35,602 bases of DNA, from the IMG/VR virus record IMGVR_UViG_3300022407_003733, positions 1 through 35,602 of that record, one strand, 5' to 3'. Below the pieces are notes generated by a model, which was not told the DNA's origin, made no database searches, and was given only the letters and a program-made list of their open reading frames with translations. Origin of the DNA: a virus. Lineage: Duplodnaviria > Caudoviricetes. Shown here one piece after another: positions 1 through 9,074 of the stretch (position 1 is its first letter; each line of letters begins with the position of its first letter). The position numbers and the translations under genes are program-made.

Positions 1-459
1 AAGAAGAAAGGCGCGGGGCTCCTTCTCAGCGCGAGCCAGCGCAGACAGCGTCATCGGACCAACCTTGCCGTCAACTTCTACGTCAAGGGCCATCTGCAGG
101 ATGCGGGCGCAGCCAGTAGTGCCTCGGTTGAAGGCGGTATCTCGAAGGGCCGCTTCCAAAAAAGGACTTCGAGCCCAGTTGCCTGCTGTATCTGTGACCT
201 TCAGAATGTGCTCGGCAGCTTCCTGCTCAGCCTGCACAAACTTTTTGCCAGCGATGAGGGACGCGAGGCGGGCCGCAGCCTCGGGGTGATACCGGTCATT
301 GATGCCCGCAACCTCGAAGGTTCCACCACCGTCACCAGCGGGCAGTCGGTAGACAACAAGGCGTCCGCTACGGTCACGGCGAGCTTCCACATCAAGGATG
401 TGTTTGCCGATTGCAAGCGAGTGTTCTGGTCTCAGTTTGGCTGATGGGGGAGTACTCAT
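1..459 (-). CDS. Endolysin, GH108-like lysozyme with peptidoglycan-binding motif (3' end truncated by the window)
   Basis: Translated by hand from ATG 459: MSTPPSAK...ILDVEARRD...GDGGGTFEVAGINDRY...LRDTAFNRG...ARILQMALDVEVDGKVGPMTLSAL. The D-x-A-F-N-x-G and LQ.AL...DG..GP.T motifs fit GH108 plus a PG-binding domain. The frame is open to base 1, and the start overlaps the upstream stop (ATGA). Confidence 0.8.
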   Translation of the reverse strand, partial: MSTPPSAKLRPEHSLAIGKHILDVEARRDRSGRLVVYRLPAGDGGGTFEVAGINDRYHPEAAARLASLIAGKKFVQAEQEAAEHILKVTDTAGNWARSPFLEAALRDTAFNRGTTGCARILQMALDVEVDGKVGPMTLSALARAEKEPRAFLL

Positions 460-686
460 TGGGCGAGGGCGCGTAGTCGGTTGCGGTCAGCTAGGATTTC
501 CAAATGGTCTTGCAGGTTGACCCAAACCTCATCCGTCAGTGGGACGTAGCTCTGATTTGCCCGAAGGAACAATCGTGGCGGGGCTGACGAGGGCATAGAG
601 GCGGGAGAGTCTCGCGTGTCGTGATTCCAACTGCAACAGCCGGGCACGGTCAACAGAAGTAGAAGCACTGTAGCGAAAAATTTCAT
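456..686 (-). CDS. Lipoprotein, probable outer-membrane spanin (Rz1-like)
   Basis: MKFFATVLLLLLTVPGC is a signal peptide with a lipobox-like Cys, followed by a Pro-rich segment. It overlaps 529-810 in another frame and lies next to the endolysin. Confidence 0.55.
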   Translation of the reverse strand: MKFFATVLLLLLTVPGCCSWNHDTRDSPASMPSSAPPRLFLRANQSYVPLTDEVWVNLQDHLEILADRNRLRALAQ

Positions 687-810
687 CGTCAAGATCGTTG
701 AGTTCGACAGCTAATTTCCACGCTAACCAGATCGGAAAAATCTTAGCCGCCTCAGCTGCAGCAAGCAGGAAGGCGGACAAGGATGACGTAAGCGCGGAGA
801 ACGAGATCAC
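529..810 (-). CDS. Membrane-anchored protein, probable inner-membrane spanin (Rz-like)
   Basis: Hydrophobic N-terminus then a helical charged segment. It partly overlaps the lipoprotein gene, and its GTG start overlaps the upstream stop. Confidence 0.45.
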   Translation of the reverse strand: MISFSALTSSLSAFLLAAAEAAKIFPIWLAWKLAVELNDLDDEIFRYSASTSVDRARLLQLESRHARLSRLYALVSPATIVPSGKSELRPTDG

Positions 811-977
811 TTCGCGTCAGCGGCTTTGATAAGTCCGTAACCGCCAGCGATGAGGGCGACGAGTTCGCCCATGTCACCGGGGGTGCCAGTTTTCAGAAAG
901 CTGAGGGCTGCATTGGCGATAGCGGCAATGATAGTGATGACGCCGAGGACGGTAGTTTTGGAGATGAGAGAGGGCAT
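807..977 (-). CDS. Small two-TM membrane protein, holin candidate
   Basis: MPSLISKTTVLGVITIIAAIANAALSF...LVALIAGGYGLIKAADAK has two hydrophobic segments and sits in the lysis cassette. ATG 977 is preferred over the track start. Confidence 0.55.
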   Translation of the reverse strand: MPSLISKTTVLGVITIIAAIANAALSFLKTGTPGDMGELVALIAGGYGLIKAADAK

Positions 978-981
978 GGCG

Positions 982-1209
982 TCAAAGCTTGACATTCGGC
1001 TCTTTTTTGTCAACCGCCTTCTTTCGCCGGATAGAGAGGGCCAGATTCCAAATAGTCAAGAATCCAACAAGGTTACCAGCTACCAAAGAACTGACGCGGA
1101 GCCATGATTCAATATCCTGCATAGAGACGATGAAAGCGAGGAGGTTAAAAGTCCCTCCAAGGATAGCAGCTAGCGTGCTTGGTAGCGTGTCAGGAGTAGG
1201 GGGCGTCAT
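982..1209 (-). CDS. Small membrane protein, holin/antiholin candidate
   Basis: 75 aa with two hydrophobic stretches and a basic C-terminus (RRKK), adjacent to the lysis genes. Confidence 0.5.
   Translation of the reverse strand: MTPPTPDTLPSTLAAILGGTFNLLAFIVSMQDIESWLRVSSLVAGNLVGFLTIWNLALSIRRKKAVDKKEPNVKL
985..1013 (-). promoter_or_regulatory. Sigma70-like promoter for the lysis genes
   Basis: Minus strand TTGACA-N17-AAGCTT, then 7 nt to ATG 977. The -35 is perfect and the -10 is weak. Confidence 0.4.
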
Positions 1210-1622
1210 GGCAGCTGAGCGGTTTGAGATACGTTCAGTGTGACAGGTGCGGTGGTGATGATAGAATAGGCGGATTGGACTCGGACTTCAAACGTGAGAG
1301 GGACCACTCGCTGAGCAGCGAACTGGCCTGACAATCCAGACAGCGTGAAGCTGACATCGGAGAACCGATACCGAGTAGCGATGCCCCGCCCGACAATGGT
1401 CGGGGAAGTGGCGTATACTAGGGGATCACGAGAGCCGGGGCCAGCATACGCAGCAATCCTCACAATAGCTCCGGCTGGGAGCGGCCCAACACGTCCATCC
1501 ATTGAGAACGAAACGTCGATCGTCAAGCTATCACCGCGACGAGCGGCAAGGCTGCGAATAGGGACTCGGGCTCGTGGAGACGACGCCAGAATACGGTCAT
1601 TGAGGACAACGTGTAAATTCAT
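1206..1622 (-). CDS. Hypothetical virion-associated beta-rich protein
   Basis: 138 aa with an alternating beta-strand pattern (RRGDSLTIDVSF...LTFEVRV). It is coupled to neighbouring genes in the late block. Confidence 0.5.
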   Translation of the reverse strand: MNLHVVLNDRILASSPRARVPIRSLAARRGDSLTIDVSFSMDGRVGPLPAGAIVRIAAYAGPGSRDPLVYATSPTIVGRGIATRYRFSDVSFTLSGLSGQFAAQRVVPLTFEVRVQSAYSIITTAPVTLNVSQTAQLP

Positions 1623-1858
1623 TAGTCGAGACCGGCAGAGCCAATTTTAATCTCGACCTGACTGACGAAGCTCTTACCTTTGCCTTTTTCGCCTTCAGGT
1701 CCGGCATCTTCACCCATCTCGCAATCGCAGCCTTCCAGACTGATGAGGGTTAGGCGGCCGCCAGCGTCAAGCCGGAGTTCTGCCATGGCCTCAAAGGTGT
1801 CACCTTCCTTCGTGCCCTCTGGGATTTCAAAACCTTCAGGAGTTGGGAGGCTGGTCAT
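1622..1858 (-). CDS. Small acidic hypothetical protein
   Basis: 78 aa, ATG start, stop overlapping the next start. Confidence 0.55.
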   Translation of the reverse strand: MTSLPTPEGFEIPEGTKEGDTFEAMAELRLDAGGRLTLISLEGCDCEMGEDAGPEGEKGKGKSFVSQVEIKIGSAGLD

Positions 1859-1885
1859 CGCTGTAGGAGGGGGTGCTGTAGGGGT

Positions 1886-1951
1886 AAAAAAAAAATGAGA
1901 TCAGGGGAGGGAGGTAGGCGTAAAAGGCCAGTCCTCCCTCCCCGTCACTCA
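1886..1951 (-). terminator. Intrinsic terminator after the major capsid gene
   Basis: GGGGAGGGAGG (1904-1914) pairs with CCTCCCTCCCC (1933-1943), extendable by TGAG/CTCA. A10 at 1886-1895 gives a U-tract on the minus strand. Confidence 0.7.
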
Positions 1952-1956
1952 GTAGG

Positions 1957-3258
1957 TTACGGAGCGATCGGAGCAGGATCGCTGGTGGCGTCACAGGCCA
2001 GACCAGCAACGCTCGGGGCGCAGCGGCGGAAGCGGAACACTGTGGCGAGGTCGGGAGCCTGTGGCTTGGCGGCCACGCTCATCACACCGCGGAAGAAACC
2101 AATCGTCCCGTCAGGGTTGGTGGTTTCGTGCGGAATGTTGAGCCAACGGAAGTCACCCATGTAGTTCAGCGTCGAGAAGGCCGTGCCACCGCCGGGAGCG
2201 GTGATCGCCTTCGGCACTTGGAACTCAAGGGCCTCGCGAACGAAGACGTAGGCTTCTTCAACATCCGCGATTTCATACTCGGAGTTGAGGACGAAGCGAC
2301 GTCCGTTGGTGGTTTCTTCCGGGGCGAAGGGAAGGATTTCAGTCCACTGGTAGGCGGTGGGGCTGGAGGCGGGAACTTCGGTGACATTGAACCGGCGAGG
2401 GAACATGTCCACGAGATAGAACCAACCCTTGTAGGAGCGTTCGACACCCAGAGGGGCGAGCAGCTCGTTGACGCGGGAGTTGTTGTAGCGGAAGTCATCG
2501 CGCAGGTTGAGCCCGCCGATGCCACGGAACAGAAACTCCTGAGCTTCAGGGCTGAGCACCACAGCGTAGATTGGGCGACCGTTCTCCATGCCCCAAGGTT
2601 CAGCGCCCTCACGGACGAGCTTGAGGTAGACGCGGTCGAGGATGCCCTGCGAGAGGTGTCGCATTGCGGCGACGGTGCCGACAACAGGCGTAGCCCAAGT
2701 GGCAGCTCCATCCACGCTGGTGAGCGAAGAGGTGACGACGACCTTGTGCTCAGCCAAGTCAGCGTAGACCGCGCGGTAGTAGGTTTCCCACGCCCATTTG
2801 GTGTTGTCCTTGAGGATGTTGAACATCGCCGTGAGCTGGTCCTTGCGCTTCGCAGCAAAGCGAAGGTCATTGACGCAGATTTTCGGGCTTTGCACAGCAG
2901 CCTGCTTGAGGCCGTAGGAGCGAACCGTCTGACCGAAGCTGATTTTAGCGGCGGTCGGGAGACAGCTTGCCAACGTCTGGGGATCAGGGCTCAGCGAGCC
3001 GTCACCTCCAGCATTGTTGAAATACTGCTGGGTGTTGACGTCGGTCCACGTCAGACCGTTGGCAGGAAGCGAACGCTCCCAAGTGAGGACGTTGATGACG
3101 TCGCCCATTTCGTCAGGGAAGGCACCTCGCTGAGCGAGGTTGAGCCACGCGGACGTGTTGAGCGACTTGGTGTAGATGTCAGGACCGATGCGACCAGCCT
3201 CGCTGACGAGGATAGAGTTGACCGTATCGAGCTGGGATTCAGAGAGAGTAGCAGGCAT
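1957..3258 (-). CDS. Major capsid protein (probable)
   Basis: 433 aa from ATG 3258, in the order portal-scaffold-this gene, with its own promoter and terminator. Assigned by synteny, size and composition, not by a diagnostic motif. Confidence 0.75.
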   Translation of the reverse strand: MPATLSESQLDTVNSILVSEAGRIGPDIYTKSLNTSAWLNLAQRGAFPDEMGDVINVLTWERSLPANGLTWTDVNTQQYFNNAGGDGSLSPDPQTLASCLPTAAKISFGQTVRSYGLKQAAVQSPKICVNDLRFAAKRKDQLTAMFNILKDNTKWAWETYYRAVYADLAEHKVVVTSSLTSVDGAATWATPVVGTVAAMRHLSQGILDRVYLKLVREGAEPWGMENGRPIYAVVLSPEAQEFLFRGIGGLNLRDDFRYNNSRVNELLAPLGVERSYKGWFYLVDMFPRRFNVTEVPASSPTAYQWTEILPFAPEETTNGRRFVLNSEYEIADVEEAYVFVREALEFQVPKAITAPGGGTAFSTLNYMGDFRWLNIPHETTNPDGTIGFFRGVMSVAAKPQAPDLATVFRFRRCAPSVAGLACDATSDPAPIAP

Positions 3259-3379
3259 AAAAGTAGGGGGTAGAGAGGGGGTGGGATTGACTGACAGATG
3301 AACTCCCCGAGCCAAGGGAAGGTAGGCTCATAGACTCTAACGGTGAACGGTTTTGGAGATACCGAGCGAACTCGCCGTC

Positions 3380-3407
3380 AAACTATGACGAGCCCCCTAT
3401 CAGTCAA
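3380..3407 (-). promoter_or_regulatory. Sigma70-like promoter for the capsid gene
   Basis: Minus strand TTGACT-N16-TAGTTT in the scaffold-capsid intergenic gap. Confidence 0.5.
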
Positions 3408-3415
3408 GGAAAATC

Positions 3416-4564
3416 TTATCGCCCTCCAAGTCCCTGTTCAATGGCGTCAAGGAACGATCCCGGTTTAGGGCCGGAGGCAGGCGCACTACCACCTGCAGTA
3501 GGGGCCGCCCCCTTGAAAGCACCAATCTGTCGCTCCAGCTCAGCGATCCGAACATCTTTCTCACGCAGAGCCTTGGAAAGACGAGGCAGCGCAGCCCCGG
3601 CGTAGGCACCGTAGGCACGAAGCCCGGAATCAGCGGAACTGAAATCTACGGTATCTGCCTCAGCGCGAATGGCTTTGGCAGTCGCTTCGTCTGCCAAGAA
3701 GGGTAGCTTGCGGGCCATCAACTCCCACATCTGGTCGGCGGCTTCTTTCTGTTTGTGCAGCTCCGCGACCGACTGGCGACGCTGAGTGTCTGCACGCTCT
3801 CGGTCAAACCGCTGAAGGGTCTCGGCCGCGTTCTCTTCAAGCGAGGTCTTGGTGTTGACGATGGCGTCAAACTCCTCAGCAGTCCGGTAGAGCTTCAAAC
3901 GATCGGGCTCCAGCATCGGTTCCGCCAATCGAGCGAGCTTCTTGACGCGCTCTTTGCGATTGTCTTCCACAACAGCCGAATTGAGGGCCTCGATGTCCAG
4001 CTCGTAGGTATCTGCGAGGTCTTCCACCGTCGCTCGAACCGTGTCGAGCGGTTGGATGACGCGCTTCTGATACTCCTCTGTAGCTTCAAGTTTGACTCCG
4101 GTCAGTTCACGCTCGTAGCTTTCGAGCTTCTCACGCAGCGAGGTGGCTTCGGCTTCAGCAGCTTTCAGCTTGTTGACCGCTTCAGGCGGGGCTTGAGATG
4201 TGGAAGCCTCTTCAAATTTCCGCTTCCAATCCTTGATCTCAGACTTCAGTTCCTTCCAGCGTTGACCAGCTTTTTCAGTTAGCCCATCTGGAACCTTGTC
4301 ATCTGCTTCGTCAGGTTTGACGCTCGAAGCGTCTGGGTCAGCAGGCGCGGCTTCCTTCTCAAGGAAAGAAGCCATGTCGTCTTTATCAGAGTCCGCTGGT
4401 AGAGGGCTGGCCGGATTGGTAGAAGGGTCAGCCGGTGGAGTCGGGTTGGAAGGATCAGGCGCAGGTGGTTCAGCAAACAAGTCGTCAACCGCCCCAAGGC
4501 GGTCAATGATTGTGTCTCGGACAGGAGCTTCAGGAGCAGTTGGGTTGGCGGGGTCGACGAGCAT
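3416..4564 (-). CDS. Capsid scaffolding protein (probable)
   Basis: Pro/Asp-rich disordered N-terminus, long coiled coil and short C-terminal helix (SFLDAIEQGL), directly upstream of the capsid gene. Confidence 0.65.
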   Translation of the reverse strand: MLVDPANPTAPEAPVRDTIIDRLGAVDDLFAEPPAPDPSNPTPPADPSTNPASPLPADSDKDDMASFLEKEAAPADPDASSVKPDEADDKVPDGLTEKAGQRWKELKSEIKDWKRKFEEASTSQAPPEAVNKLKAAEAEATSLREKLESYERELTGVKLEATEEYQKRVIQPLDTVRATVEDLADTYELDIEALNSAVVEDNRKERVKKLARLAEPMLEPDRLKLYRTAEEFDAIVNTKTSLEENAAETLQRFDRERADTQRRQSVAELHKQKEAADQMWELMARKLPFLADEATAKAIRAEADTVDFSSADSGLRAYGAYAGAALPRLSKALREKDVRIAELERQIGAFKGAAPTAGGSAPASGPKPGSFLDAIEQGLGGR

Positions 4565-4597
4565 ATTGGGGGTGGGTGATGTGGGGGTTGATCGCGG

Positions 4598-4945
4598 TTA
4601 CTGAGCGGAGTCAGGTTTGGGGGAGTTAGCGGCCCATTTCCAAGGACCGGTTTGTTCAAGTTCAGAGGCTTTCTGAATTTTGGAGAATGCCCCCTCATTG
4701 AACCCGGGGAGGTCTTGTAGCGCCCGCAGGCACGCCTCCCAACCAGCGTGGTATTGGTGGCAGAGGGCTCCGGCGCTGGGGTCAGATGTCGTCAAGGATT
4801 TGGGCGCATTCATGTAACGCAACACCGCAAAAGCCCCAACCATAAAAGGCTGGCGCAAAGCAATGCCGAGGAGGTCACGATGGCTGTCGGACCTTGACCA
4901 CTCAGTGAGTGTGGTCGGGATAGGTGCTTGGGTAGTGGAGGGCAT
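4598..4945 (-). CDS. Hypothetical protein between portal and scaffold
   Basis: 115 aa, ATG start, fills the gap with short spacers. This is a common position for a small podovirus head gene. Confidence 0.65.
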   Translation of the reverse strand: MPSTTQAPIPTTLTEWSRSDSHRDLLGIALRQPFMVGAFAVLRYMNAPKSLTTSDPSAGALCHQYHAGWEACLRALQDLPGFNEGAFSKIQKASELEQTGPWKWAANSPKPDSAQ

Positions 4946-4950
4946 GGAAA

Positions 4951-7224
4951 TTACACACCGAGGCGGCGGAGCTTGGCGGCCTCTTTGGCATCATAGATGG
5001 CCTGCTTTTGAGCAAACTCAGCTTGGCGCATCTGTAGTTTTTGTTCGTGCTCCTCCTTCTTCATTTGAAGTTTGAGGTTCTGTTCGATGAGCTTGCGCTC
5101 CATCTCGGGAGGGAGGGATTGGTCCTGCGTAGGCTGCGCCTGCTGGCCCTCTTGGGCTTCACTAGCCGCTTTCTCCTCAGCTTTGCGGGCTTCGGCCTTT
5201 AGTTTTTCCTGACCATTCCAAATCATCTCTCCGTATTGCTGGAGTTGCTGACGGTAAACAGCGACCATGTCAGAAGTAGCTGGATCGACTCCACCCATCT
5301 CGACGTGCTGTGTCGCATGAGCGTGGATCATCACCATCGGCTGAACAGCCTCACCCAGCGGGGTGTCCCCGGCTTCGATCGCGTCAAAGAATTGACGCAA
5401 GCGGGCGTCATGGTGTTTCAAATGGATTAAGTGCAGCTCGTTGGACTGAACCTGAATGTCCTCCCCACCGATGAGGTGCGAGTTTTCCAACACGGCGAGT
5501 TTGTCGTCAATGGTTGGGCGTGGCTCATTGGACTCAGGGACGTAGCGGTCAGCCAGTTCATAGCCAACGCGAGCTGCGATTCGATCGCGCAGTAAGTTAT
5601 GGCGTCCGACGTCGTCAAAGGCCGGGGCTTCCTTGGCGAGTTCGTTGAGAATGAGCTGGCGAGCTTCAGGTGAACCACCGCCGACGGCGCGGTTGACGGA
5701 GCACCGGTCAAAGTCAATGACGCCAAATGCCTCTGGCGGGATACCCTCTTCAAGTAAGCGGTCACGGAGTTCAATGACAAGGTCTCCGCCGGGGAGATCA
5801 GGGCCATAGGCCGGGTTGAACACGCGGCGAGCAACTTCGCGCAAGAGATTCTGGAAGGGCTCGTAGAAGAGGTTCAAGCTCGTGATGCTGAGCTTGCTCA
5901 TGCGGGCGACATACGCCTCAACCTCGAATCGGGTGCGCTCCTTGTCGTCAGCAAACATCCCCACCGAACTGTATTGGCCCGACTTGCTCTGTAGCAACGA
6001 AGACATGTCATTGATGACGGGCATCGCGTTGTTGGCGAGATTTGGGATCGTGCGTTCGATGACTTTGTTTCCGGGCGTCAAGATAGAGTAGGGGCCGTAG
6101 TAGGTCAGTGACAGATCGGCGAGAGCCTGCTCATCGGCGGGCTGAATCATCACGGAGCTGGACAACATTGCCGAGTCAATCACCTGATTCCTCAAGCGGT
6201 TAGACACTTGAATGTGCGGGTAGATTTTATACCCGAGGCCGCGGATGCTGTGGACGTATCCGTTGGACCCGATACCAAACATGAAGATGTGGAATGGAGG
6301 CCGGTTGGAAGGATACTTGTCCTCCTTCTTGTAGATGAACTTGTCCGGGGTGCCGATGTCAAGAAACTGGTAGTGTGACCACATGCCAGAAAACTCCTTG
6401 ACCCAGAGATGTCCGATTGGGATTTCATTGCCCACACAATCGAAGTAGAGGTCGTTGTTCTTCAAACGCTCCTGAACCTGTTCCCAGTCCATGACGCGGC
6501 GATCGCCGCTAGCTCCGACAGACTTAACAAGGGCGTCGCGAACAGCCTGCACATCCCAGCCAAGCTCAGCCGCTTGCGTGGGGTTCTTGATGTATGCATA
6601 GAGTTGAGATGGGCGGTAGCGTTGAATACTGCCAGCGAGCTCCATAGCGCCGGGGTCAGCAAGCGTGTGGCGTGGGAAGAAAAAGTCGCCGAGCTTGGCC
6701 ACATGCCAGCGCCAATCGAGATGGTCTGGGTAGTAGCATACCGAGACCCCATCTGCGATGAAGTGGTGGCAGCAATAGAGGAACTTGTGGAAGAAGCTGC
6801 TCCACTTGCGGAGCATGCTCGTGAAAATCTTGCTGATCCGGGCCTCATATTCGAGGCGTTGTGGTGCAGGAAAAGAATTGGGTCGCAGACGGAAGCGAAG
6901 GAACTCGTCAGTATTAGAGAAGAGGTCCACATAGCCGCTCATACTGAACTCCAGCAGCGCACCAGCTTCGTCAAAGTTGAGGTTTGACCGCCCGCCCTGA
7001 CCCGTTTCGATAAGATCTTCATCCCGATAAGGGCGCTGACCGTCGAACATCGCTTGGAACTGCGCCCTCCCGCGACTCGACTCAGCGTCGTCGTCGATCA
7101 TCTTGCGGAGAGCCGCGTGAGCAGACTTAGCGTCAGCCATGCGGCGATCGGGGATGCGCCCCTCAGTGGAAGCGGTGAGTAGACCGTCATCAGTCTGCTG
7201 GAATTCAAGGAGGGCTTTTTGCAT
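4951..7224 (-). CDS. Portal protein (probable)
   Basis: 757 aa, mostly helical, with a Gln-rich coiled-coil C-terminus like P22-type portals. It lies between terminase and scaffold/capsid. Confidence 0.75.
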   Translation of the reverse strand: MQKALLEFQQTDDGLLTASTEGRIPDRRMADAKSAHAALRKMIDDDAESSRGRAQFQAMFDGQRPYRDEDLIETGQGGRSNLNFDEAGALLEFSMSGYVDLFSNTDEFLRFRLRPNSFPAPQRLEYEARISKIFTSMLRKWSSFFHKFLYCCHHFIADGVSVCYYPDHLDWRWHVAKLGDFFFPRHTLADPGAMELAGSIQRYRPSQLYAYIKNPTQAAELGWDVQAVRDALVKSVGASGDRRVMDWEQVQERLKNNDLYFDCVGNEIPIGHLWVKEFSGMWSHYQFLDIGTPDKFIYKKEDKYPSNRPPFHIFMFGIGSNGYVHSIRGLGYKIYPHIQVSNRLRNQVIDSAMLSSSVMIQPADEQALADLSLTYYGPYSILTPGNKVIERTIPNLANNAMPVINDMSSLLQSKSGQYSSVGMFADDKERTRFEVEAYVARMSKLSITSLNLFYEPFQNLLREVARRVFNPAYGPDLPGGDLVIELRDRLLEEGIPPEAFGVIDFDRCSVNRAVGGGSPEARQLILNELAKEAPAFDDVGRHNLLRDRIAARVGYELADRYVPESNEPRPTIDDKLAVLENSHLIGGEDIQVQSNELHLIHLKHHDARLRQFFDAIEAGDTPLGEAVQPMVMIHAHATQHVEMGGVDPATSDMVAVYRQQLQQYGEMIWNGQEKLKAEARKAEEKAASEAQEGQQAQPTQDQSLPPEMERKLIEQNLKLQMKKEEHEQKLQMRQAEFAQKQAIYDAKEAAKLRRLGV

Positions 7225-7229
7225 GGGAG

Positions 7230-8009
7230 TCAGGATTTGGCTCGACGGACAACCCGCGGAGAGGCGGCAGCAATAACCTCGGTCTTGGGCTCCGTGTCAA
7301 CCTTGACGACTTCGGGGCTGACTTCGGGGCTGACTTCGGGGGTGACAACCTCAGTGACTTCAACTGGGGGTAGGTAGGTCCGGTCACGGGGAGTCTCCGT
7401 CAACGGGACCAGTGTAACAGCCCGGCCCCAAGTCCGCGGGATCACCACCTCGACGGGGGGAGGGGCGTCAACTGCAGTGTCAGAACAGTAAAATAGAGAG
7501 GACTCCCGATGAAAAGGAATTAGTTGGCTGCCGTGAGCAAGGTGGACAGGAGGGGAGATGCCTCGGAAGCAAGGGCACTCCCAAGCCCGTAGGCGCTTGA
7601 AGGCTCCTGACCGGTAGACTCCGGTGGTGTGCAGATTCTGCGCCCCGATAAGGAGCGAGGTGGCAAACCGCAGACTATCTTCAATTCGGCTCAGCCAACC
7701 CGGACCCCCTACGATCGCGGCACCGGGGTCAAGCCAAAGAGTGTCAGGATGTGGGTTGCGGAAGTAAGTCACCCACAAAAAGTTGTGTGGGTGAGCCATC
7801 AACGACATTGACGCCGACGACAGCGTCACTCCCCCGAACTTGGTTTTAAGGCGTGCATCAGCGGAGAACTTTTCCGCTACGGGCAGGCACTCGGCAGCCG
7901 TCAGGATGTAAAGCTGGTGGCCCTCCCCGGGGGTTGAAGTGCCCAACATCTTGAGCAACGCGGGTAGATGGGGGATGGTGTCAGGGGAGACGGGGATGGT
8001 CAGTCGCAT
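7230..8009 (-). CDS. Hypothetical protein, possibly a divergent GT-A glycosyltransferase-like fold with a Pro/Glu-rich tail
   Basis: MRLTIPVS...QLYILT...TLWLDPGAAIV..GWLSRIE follows a GT-A-like pattern but has no clean DxD. The C-terminus has VSPE repeats. Confidence 0.4.
   Translation of the reverse strand: MRLTIPVSPDTIPHLPALLKMLGTSTPGEGHQLYILTAAECLPVAEKFSADARLKTKFGGVTLSSASMSLMAHPHNFLWVTYFRNPHPDTLWLDPGAAIVGGPGWLSRIEDSLRFATSLLIGAQNLHTTGVYRSGAFKRLRAWECPCFRGISPPVHLAHGSQLIPFHRESSLFYCSDTAVDAPPPVEVVIPRTWGRAVTLVPLTETPRDRTYLPPVEVTEVVTPEVSPEVSPEVVKVDTEPKTEVIAAASPRVVRRAKS
7309..7345. repeat. 12-bp tandem repeat, about 3 copies (ACTTCGGGGCTG)
   Basis: Encodes VTPE-VSPE-VSPE on the minus strand. Confidence 0.85.
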
Positions 8010-9073
8010 AGGTCCGACAGGTAGCTGCTGATGGGTGGGAGGAATTTCCGAAGTTTTATTTTACGAGCAGCCGCGCGTAGCGCAAGCGAAGGTTTTCGGA
8101 ACAGTCGGCGAGCGATAGCTTCGTCAGCCCATTCAGGGAAGCTCCTGAAGTTTTCTTCCAAAATGAAGCGGCGAGCATACTCTCGGTTAGACATCGTCAA
8201 GTCAGGCGCATACTTGCAGTAGTAGAAACAGGCGTCGTCGATCGTGTCAAACCGCCGAGTAGCTCGGCCGGAAACCGTCACCCGCCACCCTCCCGGAGGA
8301 GTGGGCCAGTTGGCGTAGACTGCATCCAAGATACCCTCAGCCTGAGCTTGCACGGCGCTGCCCCCAATGATTGGAAAACTCGAAGGAATCTCAGCCCAGT
8401 TGGTGAAGCAAGCATTTGACTCCGGCCGAACGTAGATGTTGTCGGGATTGCTGAGGCTGACCTCCGCGATCGTAGGCACGCGGGCTCCCTCGGCGACGGC
8501 CATCACGGGATTGTGGTTTCCAATGCAGAGGCAGGCGCTCAAGCAAGTGTTAAGAGTTGACCCGCCCCAGTCATCCGGGAGCCTGTGATCGACGGTCACT
8601 CCTTCAGGGATGAGGGGTTGAAAAGCGGTGTGCTCCTCAGAACTGCCAATAAAGATCAGGCTGTGCCGGTGCAGGGATGCCATCAATGCCCCCCAAGGAA
8701 ACAGCGGGTTCTGTTGCAGGAGCGACCGGGATAGCACGACATGAGTCCCCGTTGCAGCTAGCCGTTCAAACCACGGCTTGGCGGCGTAGAGTCCGCAGTA
8801 ATAGCTCATTTTCGTGAGCATGGCCCTCCCTTCCTGCTTGGATGAGTAGGGGCGCAAATCGAGCCCATACTGCTGTAGTGGAGGGAGCCCACGCTGGACG
8901 CTGCGAATCCACGGCATGCGGCCCGAGATCGCCTTGATGCTGTCAAAGTAGTCGCGTGCGGCTGGTTCCCTGAGCGGAAAGTAGACGTGGTGGGGGCCGC
9001 CGGGAATGTGGGCAAGAATACCCATCGCATAAAACGCCTCATGTAGGCGACTGGCTGGGGATACGACTTTCAT
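8000..9073 (-). CDS. GT9 (heptosyltransferase)-like glycosyltransferase with a C-terminal extension
   Basis: LIFIGSSEE and ACLCIGNHNPVMAVAEGARVPTIA resemble the GT9 C-terminal pattern (IGNDS..mh.A.a...Pt). Confidence 0.55.
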   Translation of the reverse strand: MKVVSPASRLHEAFYAMGILAHIPGGPHHVYFPLREPAARDYFDSIKAISGRMPWIRSVQRGLPPLQQYGLDLRPYSSKQEGRAMLTKMSYYCGLYAAKPWFERLAATGTHVVLSRSLLQQNPLFPWGALMASLHRHSLIFIGSSEEHTAFQPLIPEGVTVDHRLPDDWGGSTLNTCLSACLCIGNHNPVMAVAEGARVPTIAEVSLSNPDNIYVRPESNACFTNWAEIPSSFPIIGGSAVQAQAEGILDAVYANWPTPPGGWRVTVSGRATRRFDTIDDACFYYCKYAPDLTMSNREYARRFILEENFRSFPEWADEAIARRLFRKPSLALRAAARKIKLRKFLPPISSYLSDLCD

Positions 9074-9074
9074 A

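Noticed and set aside
1877-1892. 16-bp match TGTAGGGGTAAAAAAA shared with 22810-22825, as a possible att core
   Set aside because: It is low complexity, overlaps a terminator A-tract, and phage genes continue on both sides.
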